Below, in pieces: positions 14,779-26,744 of a stretch of DNA of 64,000 bases. Each line of letters starts with the position of its first letter. The stretch's first letter is position 1. The stretch lies in NCBI RefSeq assembly GCF_009914755.1, contig NC_060932.1; one strand, given 5' to 3'. Under the pieces are notes generated by a model that was given only the letters and a program-made list of their open reading frames with translations, ran no database searches and was not told where the DNA came from. This stretch comes from the human T2T-CHM13v2.0 reference genome, Homo sapiens. Position numbers and translations under genes: made by a program.

Positions 14779-14867
14779 ATAAGGAACCCATTTCTTTCAG
14801 AGTAGCTAATTCCATTTTGAGGAACAGGAAAGAACCCAAAGGCTCTTGGAATATCTTACTATTGCAA
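14779..14867 (+). CDS. Candidate exon B (DKEPISFRVANSILRNRKEPKGSWNILLLQ)
   Basis: Acceptor TTATTTTCCAG|, donor CAA|GTAAGC, open in the phase set by exon A. Confidence 0.3.
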
Positions 14868-16117
14868 GTAAGCAAAGACTTTTTAAAATGTCTAAGGTAA
14901 TACGAAAAGCCAGCTGAAACCTGCTGCGCTTCTCCAAGATGTGCATATTGACCACCAGTTTTTTTTTTTAAGTGATTATCATCAATGGTAACAAGTTGAG
15001 TTTGTGTCTATGAAAAGCCAAAGACTCAAAATGATACTCAAATAAAAGTTTAAAGTCTGTAAGTGCTGGTTTTAATGCAATGGGAGGGAATATAACACGA
15101 CACTTATTTTAATGAACTTTAACTAGGCATTGGCACACTTTGAGTGTTTTATTGTTTCTATCAAGTGTATGTCGGTTTATAAATTACTTTATATATTTTT
15201 CTTTCCCTGCAAGTAGAAATGTCAAGACAGAAAATTTTGAGTAATCTGAGTGGTTCTGGAGAAAGAAAAACTGCCTTAAGAGTAAAAAGAACAAATGATC
15301 TCCTGGTGGTCAACACTATAACAGGGTGGAAGGAGTCCCACAGTGAGTGGCAAACTGATAGATAAGCCACAGGTCATACAAGACACTGTACACATAAATC
15401 ACTGCACAGACTCTCTCCCTCTGTCTCATCTCTTGAGAGAGAAAATTTCAGGATTTAAAAAAATAATCCCACTAATTATAGCAAAATACTAATAAGACAT
15501 ACATCAATTTGCAATATTGGTGACCCATCAGGTCAATATAAGATATTGACGGGATGATGAATTGTGAAACTTGAAAGTACATCATTTTGGAGAAAGGTTG
15601 CATTTAAACGAAACTGAAACCTGTGTGAAAGGCATGAGCTTTAAAAGTTCTACAGAGGTAACACTCAAAGCTTATCTATAAAATGGGGGCGTGTTTGAAG
15701 ACCACAGGAAAGAGAACTTGCAAATGCCATTTCACTGGTAAGATTGCTAAAAACGGAGGAAGGCAGAGAATATTGTTCTAGCCCTCGGAAGGTGTAGGAA
15801 TAAATATCAGGTATAAATACGGTGCCAGATCGGCCCAGGCAGGCACTGTTTCAGGTTCTTGCCAGGCAAGGCAGAGTCTGGAGCTGGTGCATCCTGGGTG
15901 CCAGTCTGCCACTCACTGCATCCCCAAGAGTCCCACCCCACTCTTGTATTATTTGCTCAGAGGCCTTTCTTCTTTTTTCTCACCCCTCTCTGCCTTGCTA
16001 CCCTCCACGTTTCTTCTCACCATCCTCCTCCCCCACAACTGAACACTCTTCTTTATTTCATTATGTTCTTTTAAAATTTAGGGGAAGCTTACGAGACAGT
16101 ATCCACTTGATTTGAGC

Positions 16118-16370
16118 CTTTTTTTGTGGTTAATGCGTATAAATTTAAGGCATGCTAGTACAGTTTTGTTACTTAGATATATTGTACAGTGGTGAAGTCT
16201 GGGCCTTCAGTGGAGCCATCACCTGAATAGTGTAAATTGTACCCAATAAGTAATTTCTCATCCCTCACTTCCTCTCACTCTCCACCCTTCCTAGGCTCCA
16301 ATGTTGATCATTCCATGCTCCATGTCTACATGTGCACACTATTTAGTCCTCACTTATAAATGAAATGCAG
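16118..16370 (-). mobile_element. L1PB3/4-like 3' end fragment
   Basis: GATATATTGTACAGTGGTGAAGTCTGGGC...ATTGTACCCAATAAGTAATTTCTCATCCCTCAC. Confidence 0.85.
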
Positions 16371-17317
16371 ATTTTCTGGGTTCTTCTGGAGACATAGATT
16401 TTCCAGCCACTGTTCCCTGCGTCAGCTTCTCATTGGATAGTTAGCCTAGACTATTTTGGAATTTAGAAAAATGGGCAAAGCAGGGCTCCTTCTGTCTGGA
16501 GGAATCATGCCCCGCATGCCACTTCCGACTGCCTTTTCATGTGGCTGGCTCATGCCTATTCCAGATTCATAAGGGCAATCTTAATATCCTAGGACCTGCA
16601 ACTGTGGGTGACTCCCACCACTTCTGTGGCCAGTGATTTAACGTCTCTGAGACTTACATCCTTCTCGTTAGAAACTCAGGGACCTTATTATAATACTGTT
16701 ACTGCAGCATAACCCCAATTCTTTCAGGAAGCTCAAAAACCTGTGAAACTAACCTGTGATCCCACCTGTGCTTGCTTAGAGAAAGGAAGGCCAATGCCCA
16801 TAACCACGAACCAGCCACGAGATGAGCTGAGCTCAGCAGTGGTGCCTTGACCTGAATTCTTGCTTCATTACCATGCTAAGATCTCTGCCCAGTGGGAAGA
16901 AGCATACCTTTGACATAGGGTTTTTCTTGGCAACTTTGCCAGCCAGAGACCTCTGGCTGATGATGCCCCTGCCCAGGTCTCACTTGGCCCCAAGTTCACC
17001 ACAGGAGGTGCCCTGCTCACTTGGCCCACCAGGCCGCACCTGACTTGTGCCCCAGCACGGATTCCATGGCCACTGTGACTGCATGCTCAGCCCCTGGCTG
17101 GAGGGGGTGTGTGGGTGAGTAAATGCAGGGTCCAGCTGGCCACTCCAAGCACTGGCATAGGAGTGGACTCCATGCAAAGCTTGTGGCTGGACCAGGTGTG
17201 TCGCAAGTGACTCCTCTGGCAGACTTTGGTGTCCAGATGAGGGGAACGTGGTGGCACCCAAACAGGGAAGCCCATGACCCTGAAGCCGCAGAGCAGCTCT
17301 TTCGGTGTGCTATTACC

Positions 17318-17675
17318 TTTTTTTTTTCTTATGGTCTCTTTAATGTAATTTATTTATTTATTTATTTATTTTACTTTAAGTTTTAGGGTATACACAACGT
17401 GCAGGTTAGTTACATATGTCTACATGTGCCATGTTGGTGTGCTGCACCCATTAACTTGTCATTTAACATTAGGTGTATCTCCTAATGCTATCCCTCCCCC
17501 CTCCCCCCACCCCACAACAGTCCCTGGTGTGTGATGTTCCCCTTCCTGTGTCCAGGTGTTCTCATTGTTCAATTCCCACCTATGAGTGAGAACATGCGGT
17601 GTTTGGTTTTCTGTCCTTGCAATAGTTTGCTGAGAATGATGGTTTCCAGCTTTATCCATGTCCCTACAAAGGATA
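17318..17675 (-). mobile_element. 5'-truncated L1PA3/4-like 3'UTR
   Basis: GCAGGTTAGTTACATATG...ATTAGGTGTATCTCCTAATGCTATCCCTCCCC...GTCCCTACAAAGGA, with a T-rich tail. Confidence 0.92.
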
Positions 17676-17790
17676 TCTGCAGACCGATGGTTGGAAGTAT
17701 GTTAACAGCTCTATCAGTTCTGTTGCCCTGCTCCAGCCCATGGCTCCTGGGCTGGCTCAGTCCTGCCACTGCTTCCCCTCTTGTGGGGTG

Positions 17791-17805
17791 GCTGCCCTCC
17801 AGTGG
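17791..17805 (-). promoter_or_regulatory. CTCF-like motif inside the LTR
   Basis: Minus strand CCACTGGAGGGCAGC versus core CCACTAGAGGGCAGC (14/15). Confidence 0.35.
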
Positions 17806-18419
17806 CAGAAGGTGGAGGGCCACAGTGTTACAGCTTTCTTTGTATCTGCATCTGTTGAGTCCCGAGTTCTTGTCTCGCATCCAACAAGAATGAGGTTATG
17901 CTGAGAATTGAAGGGTGAGGAGGACAGAGAAGAATTTTACGGAGCAATGAAACAGCTCTCGGTGGAGAGGGGACGTGAGGGTAGTGCCCCACCTGAAGTC
18001 AGGTGGTCTTTCTCCCAGTGTGGCTGGGTCCAGGGCTTTTATGGGCTCAGTATGGGGTATTGTGGGCTGATTAGTTTGTGAATATGCAAAAAAGGCTAAA
18101 ACAAAGGCACCATTCAAAGATGGGCACAACAGTGTAAAAAACCAATGAGGGAAGGGCAGGTTTATGTAAAATTGGTGAAGGGTGGGGATCAATCAGAGGA
18201 AAATGTGCCAAACGAGAAGAGAGGTTATCAATTTGGTCTGTGGATTCATCTGAGACTTATACTTGGCTTTTGGGCTTTAAACTGTCTTTGGTTTGAAGGC
18301 GGGGATTCACCAGGGACCCACCCCTATCTGCCTAGGGATTTGTCTGCCTCCTGCCACTATCACCTTGCTGGGCACAAAAAGTGTTGAGTGCACAAGAAAT
18401 GATATAACTGCACAGACTT

Positions 18420-18738
18420 GGCTGGGCACAGTGGCTCACACCTATAATCCCAGCACTTCGGGAGGCTCAGGTGGGTAGATCACTTGAGGTCAGGAGTTCA
18501 AGACCAGCCTGGCCAACATGATGAAACCCCATCTCTACTGAAAAAAAAATTACAAAAATTAGCCAGGCATTGTGGCACATTCCTGTAATCCCAGCTACTC
18601 AGGAGACTAAGGCAGGAGAATTGCTTGAACCTGTGAACCTGGGAGGTGGAGGTTGCAGTGAGCTGAAATCATGACACTGTACTCCACCCTGGAGGACAGA
18701 GTGAGACTCTGTCTCAAAAAACAAAACAAAACAAAAAC
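18420..18738 (+). mobile_element. Alu (AluSx/Sz-like)
   Basis: Full dimer with (CAAAA)n tail and a small TGAACCTG duplication in the right arm. Confidence 0.96.
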
Positions 18739-19029
18739 ACCCAAACTCCACAAACTCCAGCCCCTCCTGGAAGAACCCCCCTTTCCCCAGGAATCCCTGC
18801 CCTAGTCTCCACCTATCTGCCCTAAGACCCTAAGAGCCCTTAAAATCCCCCTTTGCCCTTTCTCCCAGGGGAAGCAAGAGCTCCCCTTCTCCATTTCTTC
18901 ATCAAGGAATTGAGTTTCTGCTCTGCTTTGCTGAACCTGGTCTTGTTCTATTGGTGTGAACTACACAGACCAGGGTCAAGCGACTCCCCTGAAGGGTGGG
19001 TAGCAATACTACCATTAGCAATGAGTACT

Positions 19030-19245
19030 ATGCGTGAGTACACACTGTGTGCCTGGAGGTGTACTAGATGCTTTACATATGTTATTTCATTCCCTTCTCC
19101 TAACTTTCACAGGTAAGTATAATTATTCTCATTTTACAGACATGGCAACTGAAGAGACTCTGAATGAGTTTCATAGAGTCAAAAGTCAAATGATGACCAA
19201 ACACCAATCTGACTCCAAAATACTTGCTTCTGCTGCTCCACCTCA
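19030..19245 (-). mobile_element. MIR
   Basis: TGTACTAGATGCTTTACATATGTTATTTCATT...ATTATTCTCATTTTACAGA...CAATCTGACTCCAAAA. Confidence 0.8.
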
Positions 19246-19286
19246 TAGCTGCCCTCCAATGACCACTGTGTGCAGAACACAGCAGC

Positions 19287-19490
19287 ACAGTTTGTTCAAA
19301 CTGTAGATCAAAGCCAGTTCATTTTAAAAATGACACTGTGATGGAAGGAAATCACAAAAAATAGCCAAGTGTATCACATATAGTATTTTTTTACAAAATT
19401 TTATTCATTTATGAATGTGTGTGAATAGGATTACAACATAAAAGAGCTTCTCATTATTGTCACGGTAAAAAATGTTTGAAAATTGTTGCT
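19287..19490. mobile_element. Non-autonomous hAT element (Charlie4a/MER80-like)
   Basis: AAGTGTATCACATATAGTA...TGTGTGTGAATAGGATTACAACATAAAA...GTCACGGTAAAAAATGTTTGAAAA. Confidence 0.55.
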
Positions 19491-21243
19491 ATTGTGTTTG
19501 TCAACAGTACCAGTAGTCTCCAAAAAAATAAAAGCAAAACACACACACACAAAATCAGTGGTATTAACATGATCCAATGGGTTCCGGTAAGACATCATTA
19601 GCATTTCTATTTATTAAATTTGTTTTTACTGTTAAAAATATGAAAGAAATTAAGTTTGACAAATACATGAGGGTGGGCACTATCTGCATTTTGTATCTGT
19701 GTTTCATAAAATATGAAAAGTTAAGATAAATTGTGCATTTTATAATGCACTTTCAATTAAATTAACTCTCACAAAATGGACAGATGGCTAAAAAGGAATC
19801 TTGCAAAGAAACTATGGTGAAAGTTAATGTCAGGCACAGTAAGAAATAAAAGCATTACTACTCATTCCATACCTGATATTTGTGGGCCATACTACTAGGT
19901 AAAAGCAAATGGAAATTTGACACAAAGTCATGCCAAAAAAGCACCATAAATTGTGAAGAGTGTTCAGAAAATGGAATTACGTCCACTATCCTTAACAATA
20001 AATTTTTTCTTAAAGTAGACATAATACCTTTTGATATTAACAAAAAATGGTATGGAGCCATCCCATCAACATATGCAAGGCATTTAACAACTGAGCCTGT
20101 AGATTATGAAAACAAATGTCAGCATATGTTTATGAAGTCTCAATTATGCAATACACAATTTGTATTTTATGAAACTTCACCAAACTTTATAATAAAGGTT
20201 TAAGACTTCATCTTGATTTTTTTTATTTTTATTTTTTTACTAATAGCAGAAGACATAAAGCCACATATGCTTGGAGAAACATTTACTCTTCCTGGTTATA
20301 GCAGTAACAGTAGCTAAAGTGACAAATGGGTAACAATATGAAAACAAAGTATATTCTTTTGCAAGATACATATATTATTGGAGTATACGTAGAAAATATT
20401 GCTTAAAATGGAAAAAGCATGTATTAAAATAAATTATCCAATTTTGGACAAATGCTTACTATAGGGTTAGATGGAAGTATATGCAAATGTTTCTAATATG
20501 TTATAGCTATGATAGTCAATAGCCTGTAAAGAAACTATGAAAGGTAATAAAAACCACTTTTTTTGTGGACTGCTAAAGGAAAGAGGTAACAGAAAACATA
20601 AGAAATAAATGATACCTTTAATTAAAATAATATTTTGTGGAAAAGATGTGTCATTGCCAATGAAGAAATTGCTTTCACATGAATAAAAAAACAGAATATC
20701 ATGACAAGGTTATAGAGCTAGAACCTCTTATAATATTTTATCACTAAATTTTTCATAGGCTCATTATTACAGCAAAGAAGCTGAACCCAGGAATGTGCAA
20801 AGTTCTACACGACAGTTAAACTTTAAAATACGACCCTTAAAACATGGTAGACTATTTACAATATTTGGTAATGAAATGGGGAGTGATCATTAAAATATCT
20901 TTAACATAGGATTCCCTTATTTTTTCATGGAAAAGTACTTAAAGTAGTGACTGAACTTAAAGATGTTACTTTTTTATTTACAAAAAAATGGCATTTCAAA
21001 GTTGCAAACATTTTCTATGATAAGTTACAGATCAGTATTATGCTACCAAGCACAATTTAAAAAATGCATTTAATTATTATCTCGAGATTAAGGTGACTTA
21101 AAAAAAGATACAAAATTTTACTACTTTTCAAAGAAGCTCATGCCATAAAGAGAGAATTTTGAAAATGGATATCAGGAAATATTTTCTCCTTTATATTATT
21201 TGTAAAAAACAATACATGTGCTACCTATAAAAATATTTGTATA

Positions 21244-21520
21244 GGCTGGGCGAGGGGGCTTGCACCTGTAATCCCAGTGCTCTGGGAAGCTGAGGTGGAT
21301 GGCTTCAAGCCAGCAGTTCAAGACCAGTCTGGACAACATAGTGAGACCCCGTCTCTACAAATTTTAAAAATCAGTTGGGTGTGGCGAGTGTGCCTGTAGT
21401 CCCAGATACTCAAGAAGCTAAGGTGAGAGAATTGCTTGAGCTCAGGAGTTTGACATTATAGTGAGTGATGATTGTGCCCACTGCCACTCCAGCCTGGGAG
21501 ATAGAGTGAGATTCTTTTCA
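21244..21520 (+). mobile_element. AluJ-like, tail lost
   Basis: Diverged Alu with J diagnostics (ACATAGTGAGACCC, TTGAGCTCAGGAGTTTGA); no poly-A. Confidence 0.9.
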
Positions 21521-21579
21521 TGAAGCACCTTCCTCAACTGTGATGGTCTAAACCCAAGTATCTAAGTAAGCAGAAATTA

Positions 21580-21925
<346 letters not shown>

Positions 21926-22019
21926 TCAAACTGATGTAACAAAAACATGTTGAAAATATTGAGCTATTATTTATAATAATATGAGTTGTGGTTTCAAATA
22001 GACCAAAAATGTGAAGGTC

Positions 22020-22250
22020 TTACCAATGGAGAGATTTATTCCCAATGCATTGACTCAGCACAGATTTTCCGGATCAGTGGCTGACTGTCCTCCACACTGT
22101 GACTGCAGGAGCCTAGGCTTCCTCCATCCCAAGGCTCCACCACCCACTGTGGTTTTGCATCATCTGTATCCAGCCAGTGGAAACAGAAAGAAAGGAGGAA
22201 AACACTGGCTTCTTAAAAGCTTTGCCCTGGAGATAGTACATCCATTGGAT
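22020..22250 (-). mobile_element. LTR33-like fragment
   Basis: CCTAGGCTTCCTCCATC...GGCTCCACCA...TGTATCCAGCCAG...GCTTCTTAAAAGCTTTGCCCTGGAG. Confidence 0.5.
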
Positions 22251-22299
22251 GAAATGTTGTGGAATAGGATACTCATGCTTTTTCAAAGCATCATTCCAC

Positions 22300-23020
22300 A
22301 ATTTAATCATTAATAAATTGCAGTGCTTTACAATGGAGAGACCCAGTGGATTCCACCTTAACCAAGTGAACAAATTTGATGTTACCAGTTGTAGGACAAA
22401 TGACACATGTGACTCTTGCCAAAAATGTTGACCTGAATCAGGAATAAAATCAGACAAATCCAGTTTGTGGGACATTCTACAAAACAACTGGTCTTGATTC
22501 TGAAAATATCAATTTCCATGAGAGGCAGAAAATGGTGCAGGGGACCATTTTAGATTAAACAGATGAAACTGACATGGCAATAAAAGCAGCACATGGTCTT
22601 TGTTTGGATACTGAATTTTCAAAAACTGAGTTATGAAGGCTATTTAGAGATAATTGGGAAAATTTAAGTATATACTATATACTAGATAATGTTATTGTAT
22701 CAGTGTCAAATGTGTTGGGTATGAAAATGGTATTGTGTTTATATAGGAAAGTGTTATTAGATACATACTGAAATATTTTGAGGTAAAACGTCATGATGTC
22801 TATAATTTATTTTTAAATGATTACCAAAAATTATGTAAGTATGTATACACGTATTATATTTGCATATGTCTAGCTAGCTAACTATGTGGAAAGATAAAGC
22901 AAATATTGAAAAATGTTACAATTGGTGAATCTACATATAAGGTGTATGGAGGTTCACTCTAGTAGTCTGAATTATCTGTAGATTTGAAATTTTTCAAAGG
23001 AAATAGTAAAGAAAAAAGCA
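22300..23020 (+). mobile_element. Old L1 3'UTR (L1MC4/L1ME3-like)
   Basis: TTTACAATGGAGAGACCCAG...CACCTTAACCAAGTGA...ATCAGACAAATCCAGTTTGTGGGACATTCTACAAAA. Confidence 0.8.
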
Positions 23021-23576
23021 TATTCTTTTAGAACAATATTACTATTATTGTAGATGCTCACTTGCTTGACACATGTACATAATGGTTAATTTCATTATTA
23101 TCATTGACCTTTACAGAATGCAAGGTCATATTTGCACTTACTACTAAGTATTCTGCTTACATGTATAAATTAAAAACCTTAGGGAAGGAAGCTGTCAGAA
23201 TAGAGAAAGAGGAAGAGAAAGAGAGATAAATTTTAGTTAAATGAGTATCTTCCAGATAGACATAGAAATATGTAAAAGGGAACATATAACTAACATAACA
23301 TATCATTTCTATGATATTTCAAATCTCAACACACAGCACATTGGCTGTGATTTCAAAATGACTCTGTGTTTTTTTGGCTAATGACTAATGAAAACTGCCC
23401 CAAAGCAAGTAGTATATGGCATAGGAAGGCAGATGGCCGCATAAAATTTAGGCACAGGTAATAAATCTAGTGTTGATAGGAAAAATTACTTGTAATCACC
23501 AAAAATAATAGTAAAGAGTTATCTAAGACTAGTTGAATTTGTGTGTACATCTGGGATGATTTTCTTTTTCTTACAG

Positions 23577-23692
23577 CTTTGGCTTAAAGACATGGCCATG
23601 GAGGAAGAGCTAGCCTTTCCAGCTGTAGACATGAAGGAGTGGGTGGCCAGAGGATGCACCCGCCTGGGGAGGGGTTGGCCTTTGAGGCTGCA
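23577..23692 (+). CDS. Candidate exon C (LWLKDMAMEEELAFPAVDMKEWVARGCTRLGRGWPLRL)
   Basis: Strong acceptor TTTTCTTTTTCTTACAG|, donor GCA|GTAAGC; GC-rich island in an AT-rich flank, open in phase 0. Confidence 0.35.
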
Positions 23693-24920
23693 GTAAGCTC
23701 CTAAGTCTCTCCCCAGTTGTTGTTTGTAATGCATCTCATCTCAGGTGAAGACAGTCAATTGCAGAAGCCTCTCTAGGACACCTTGATTTCAAAATACTTC
23801 ATCATATCACTATTTTAGAGATTAGTGGTTTCAATTTTATTTCCCTGCTTACTATTGTAGAAAAGCAGCATTTTGCGTTAAACACACTTTAAAAACCTAT
23901 AATTTTTTCACCACAAATGCCTACTATCTAATGATTATTTGTTTTGGAAACTTAATGCTAAATAAAGAAGAGGTATTTAGAACAAATGGAGAGAATTTTG
24001 ACAACATAATTTGCAACACTTTAGATGAAACAATGTATGTACATACCAGTTTGTGCACTGTAGACAAAAGGAAGGAGTCTTTGTGGCCCATGGAAAATAT
24101 ACGTTTGTATGTCTGCTTGGGAGAATGTTGATTGAGAATACTACACAGGGCTGGCTGGCCAATGGACTTCAGAGCCAGACCATCAGTGACAGTGCATAGT
24201 GAGGGGTTTTGTGGCATTTAATGCCACAAAGAGTTGATGCAACCGTGATAAAATATTTCTGACATGCTGACTAAGGAGCATACACTGTCTAACTGTGTGT
24301 TGTCATCTAGAAGACATGATAAATGATCATTATTGTCCCGTGTGAAAAGTGTTAATGCATTGTGATTGGAAGGGTGGAACCTCTTTCTCAGACCACATTA
24401 ATTGGAGGTGACAGCAATTACCTCCCCGACCATCTATTCCACATGCCTCTAATTTAGAACAAAAAGTACAAATATAAAAAGTACAAGTTTTCTTATTTTT
24501 ATTCATAAAGTTCTAGAGCTAGCGAAGAAACTGTAACTACCCAAATAGAAGCAATGTTTTAGTTTTAAACAGAAAGCTGAATTAGAATATAGATTTGGGC
24601 TTTGGGGAAGCATCTAAAATATTGACAATGTATAAAGTCATTAAAGAACACTGAATAGGGTAACTCAATCTAGAAATATTCTTTATAAAGTTTTGAACAT
24701 CTGTGTGGAAGTTTGGAAGTTTTTGGGGAAGCAAATATAATTGCACTCATTATCATATTTCAAGGAAACATACCCTTGACAAAATACTTTCCAATATTAA
24801 TTCTAGATCCAGGAAATAACAATTATCTGTGAATAAGGCTTTTTTTTTAGTATTTGCATTAGCAGTGACCTTTAGGTTGCCTTGCATTAAGTTTTTTCCC
24901 ATTAAGTTCTTTCTTTACAG

Positions 24921-24975
24921 ATGTGCTTTGCTTGGCGAGCGTCCATACAGAGGTATAATCTCTTTCCCAGGATAA
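24921..24975 (+). CDS. Candidate terminal exon D coding part (QCALLGERPYRGIISFPG*), with AATAAA at 25020-25025
   Basis: Strong acceptor TTCTTTCTTTACAG|, in-phase TAA at 24973-24975, five CpGs in ~100 bp, poly-A signal 45 nt after the stop. Confidence 0.33.
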
Positions 24976-26337
24976 AGGCACCTTCATTCCCTATTCGAGG
25001 AACGTGATCATTCGTGTAAAATAAAACTCAAGTGTTCTAGCATAAAGGAACATTTCAGAAAAGGAGAGATTAGTAGAAATAACAGAAGACAGTTGTGAAT
25101 GTAAATTCTTATATCCCAGCTTACTTAGAATTCAATTTCTTTAACAAAGGCAATTAAAAATAATTTATTTAAAACCATATTGTAATATATATAGAAGATT
25201 AATTTTTAAAATGAGTTTATTTTAAAATATTTTGCTAATTATATTTTAAGTGAAGATTTTTTAAATGGGTGTTTTTTTTCTTGATGGTTCCTATATGTTG
25301 GTGTTTGAGCTAACATTATTGTAAACGAGTAAATTGTAGATTGTTTTACTGAAATGTCAAGTCTTGGAAATTACAATCTACATAAAGTACCTGTGAAGAC
25401 ACTATAAATTCTCTTTGAACAATTAAATTGACAACTTAAAATACCATAAACATTATATTCACAAGGGAATACACAATTCACAATGGGAAAAAGAGTCAAA
25501 ACCAAGTCTGCTGATACAAAAGTAAAACCAGAAAATTCTTTAAGAAGCATAAATAAAAATAAATAAGAAAAAAATTAGTTCAATAACTAATATGAAAAAA
25601 ATTGATAGTATTAGGAAGAAAATCTAAGAAAGAACTTGCAGCTAACGCTAAAATAATACTCTAACATTTATCCTCCCAACTTCTTAATTTGCTCCCAGTG
25701 TAATAGAAGAGTTCTCAACTTTTTTTTTTTTTTTTAATTTTAGACTGTGGTCAATTTAATTGGGAAAATCTACTTCACAGTTCCTACTTTTCAGGAAAAA
25801 AGAAGTTAGAGATAACAATTAGTATCAGAGTACAGCAATTATTTCAGAAATTATTTATAAATCCGCTTCAGCAGTAGAAATAAGGTTTTTGAACTGCAGA
25901 CTATATATATCTTAAGGCTAATTATTGGAAAATCTTAGGCTAAAATATTGTTGAAGAAAGTTGACATTGCTTCCATTGGTGAATTTTAAACAAATAATCC
26001 ATAGTCATCTAGATTATTAAATTAAAACAATTGAAAACTGTAATTAAAAAGTAACAGCAAATCCTGACCAACATAAGACGGTATTGACAATACCCTCACT
26101 GACCATCCCCTGGAACCTGTTGAAAATTTACTAACTATACATGCTCTAACCAACCCAATGAACTTCGACAGATCAATAAATCTAAATTTTTCCATCCAAA
26201 CTACCCATTTTTCTTATAAGTAATTACACCTGAGATGTACTTTTCTTTGGTCATTGAGTTTTTACATTATAACATTAGCATATGGAAGGAATGAAGTGGG
26301 AGAGAGAAAATGAGAAAAGGTAACATTTTAATTATCT

Positions 26338-26744
26338 TGCTTTACTTAGGGTCCCCTAGGAAGCAGATCCCAAGATGGGATCAGAAGTGCAAGAGACCTT
26401 TTCAAGAAGGAAGCAGGAAGAGGTAAGGAAGGCTTTCATACTATAACATAGGAAGGAGGGAGGGAAGGATTCAGTGGAGAGAGATTTGAACTGCAGCAGA
26501 GTTCTGACAGAGATTTTTCCAGGCCAACAGGGAACCCTCAAGCCAAAGTTATGGCTTCACGTAGTCTCATGTCTCAGCAGAACAGGACTGCCTCAGTACC
26601 CTACCATGCCCAGTCCGAGCTGAGAGTAGCCAGCAGGAAGTGTGGCCACAGAGTGGTGGATCCAGAAGGCAGCAGCAGAGGCCAACACACAACTGTGTCC
26701 CCTGCAGCAGGAAACCTAAGTGCTGCATTTTCATTCTCACTGCA
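26338..26744 (-). mobile_element. LTR16A-like LTR (3' LTR of the provirus)
   Basis: CTGCAGCAGAGTTCTGACAG...CCAGGCCAACAGGGAACCCTCAAGCCAAAGTT...GTGGTGGATCCAGAAGGCAGCAGC. Confidence 0.8.

Larger units (their letters stand above)
16911..18362 (-). mobile_element. ERV1 solo LTR, LTR27/LTR28/MER52 group
   Basis: Minus strand starts TGATAGTGGCAGGAGGCAGACAAATCCCTAGGCAG and ends TCA; perfect 4-bp TSD CCTT (16907-16910 and 18363-18366). Confidence 0.85.
16697..19005 (+). mobile_element. Old solo LTR (MER54/MER73/MER74-like) hosting nested insertions
   Basis: TGTTAC...GTAGCA termini with TSD ATAC (16693-16696 and 19006-19009); host pieces at 16697-16910, 18363-18419 and 18739-19005. Confidence 0.65.

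Noticed and set aside
19880-20203. 107-aa ORF as a domesticated transposase gene
   Set aside because: It lies within a frameshift-riddled Charlie fossil, with no intact BED finger or continuous frame.
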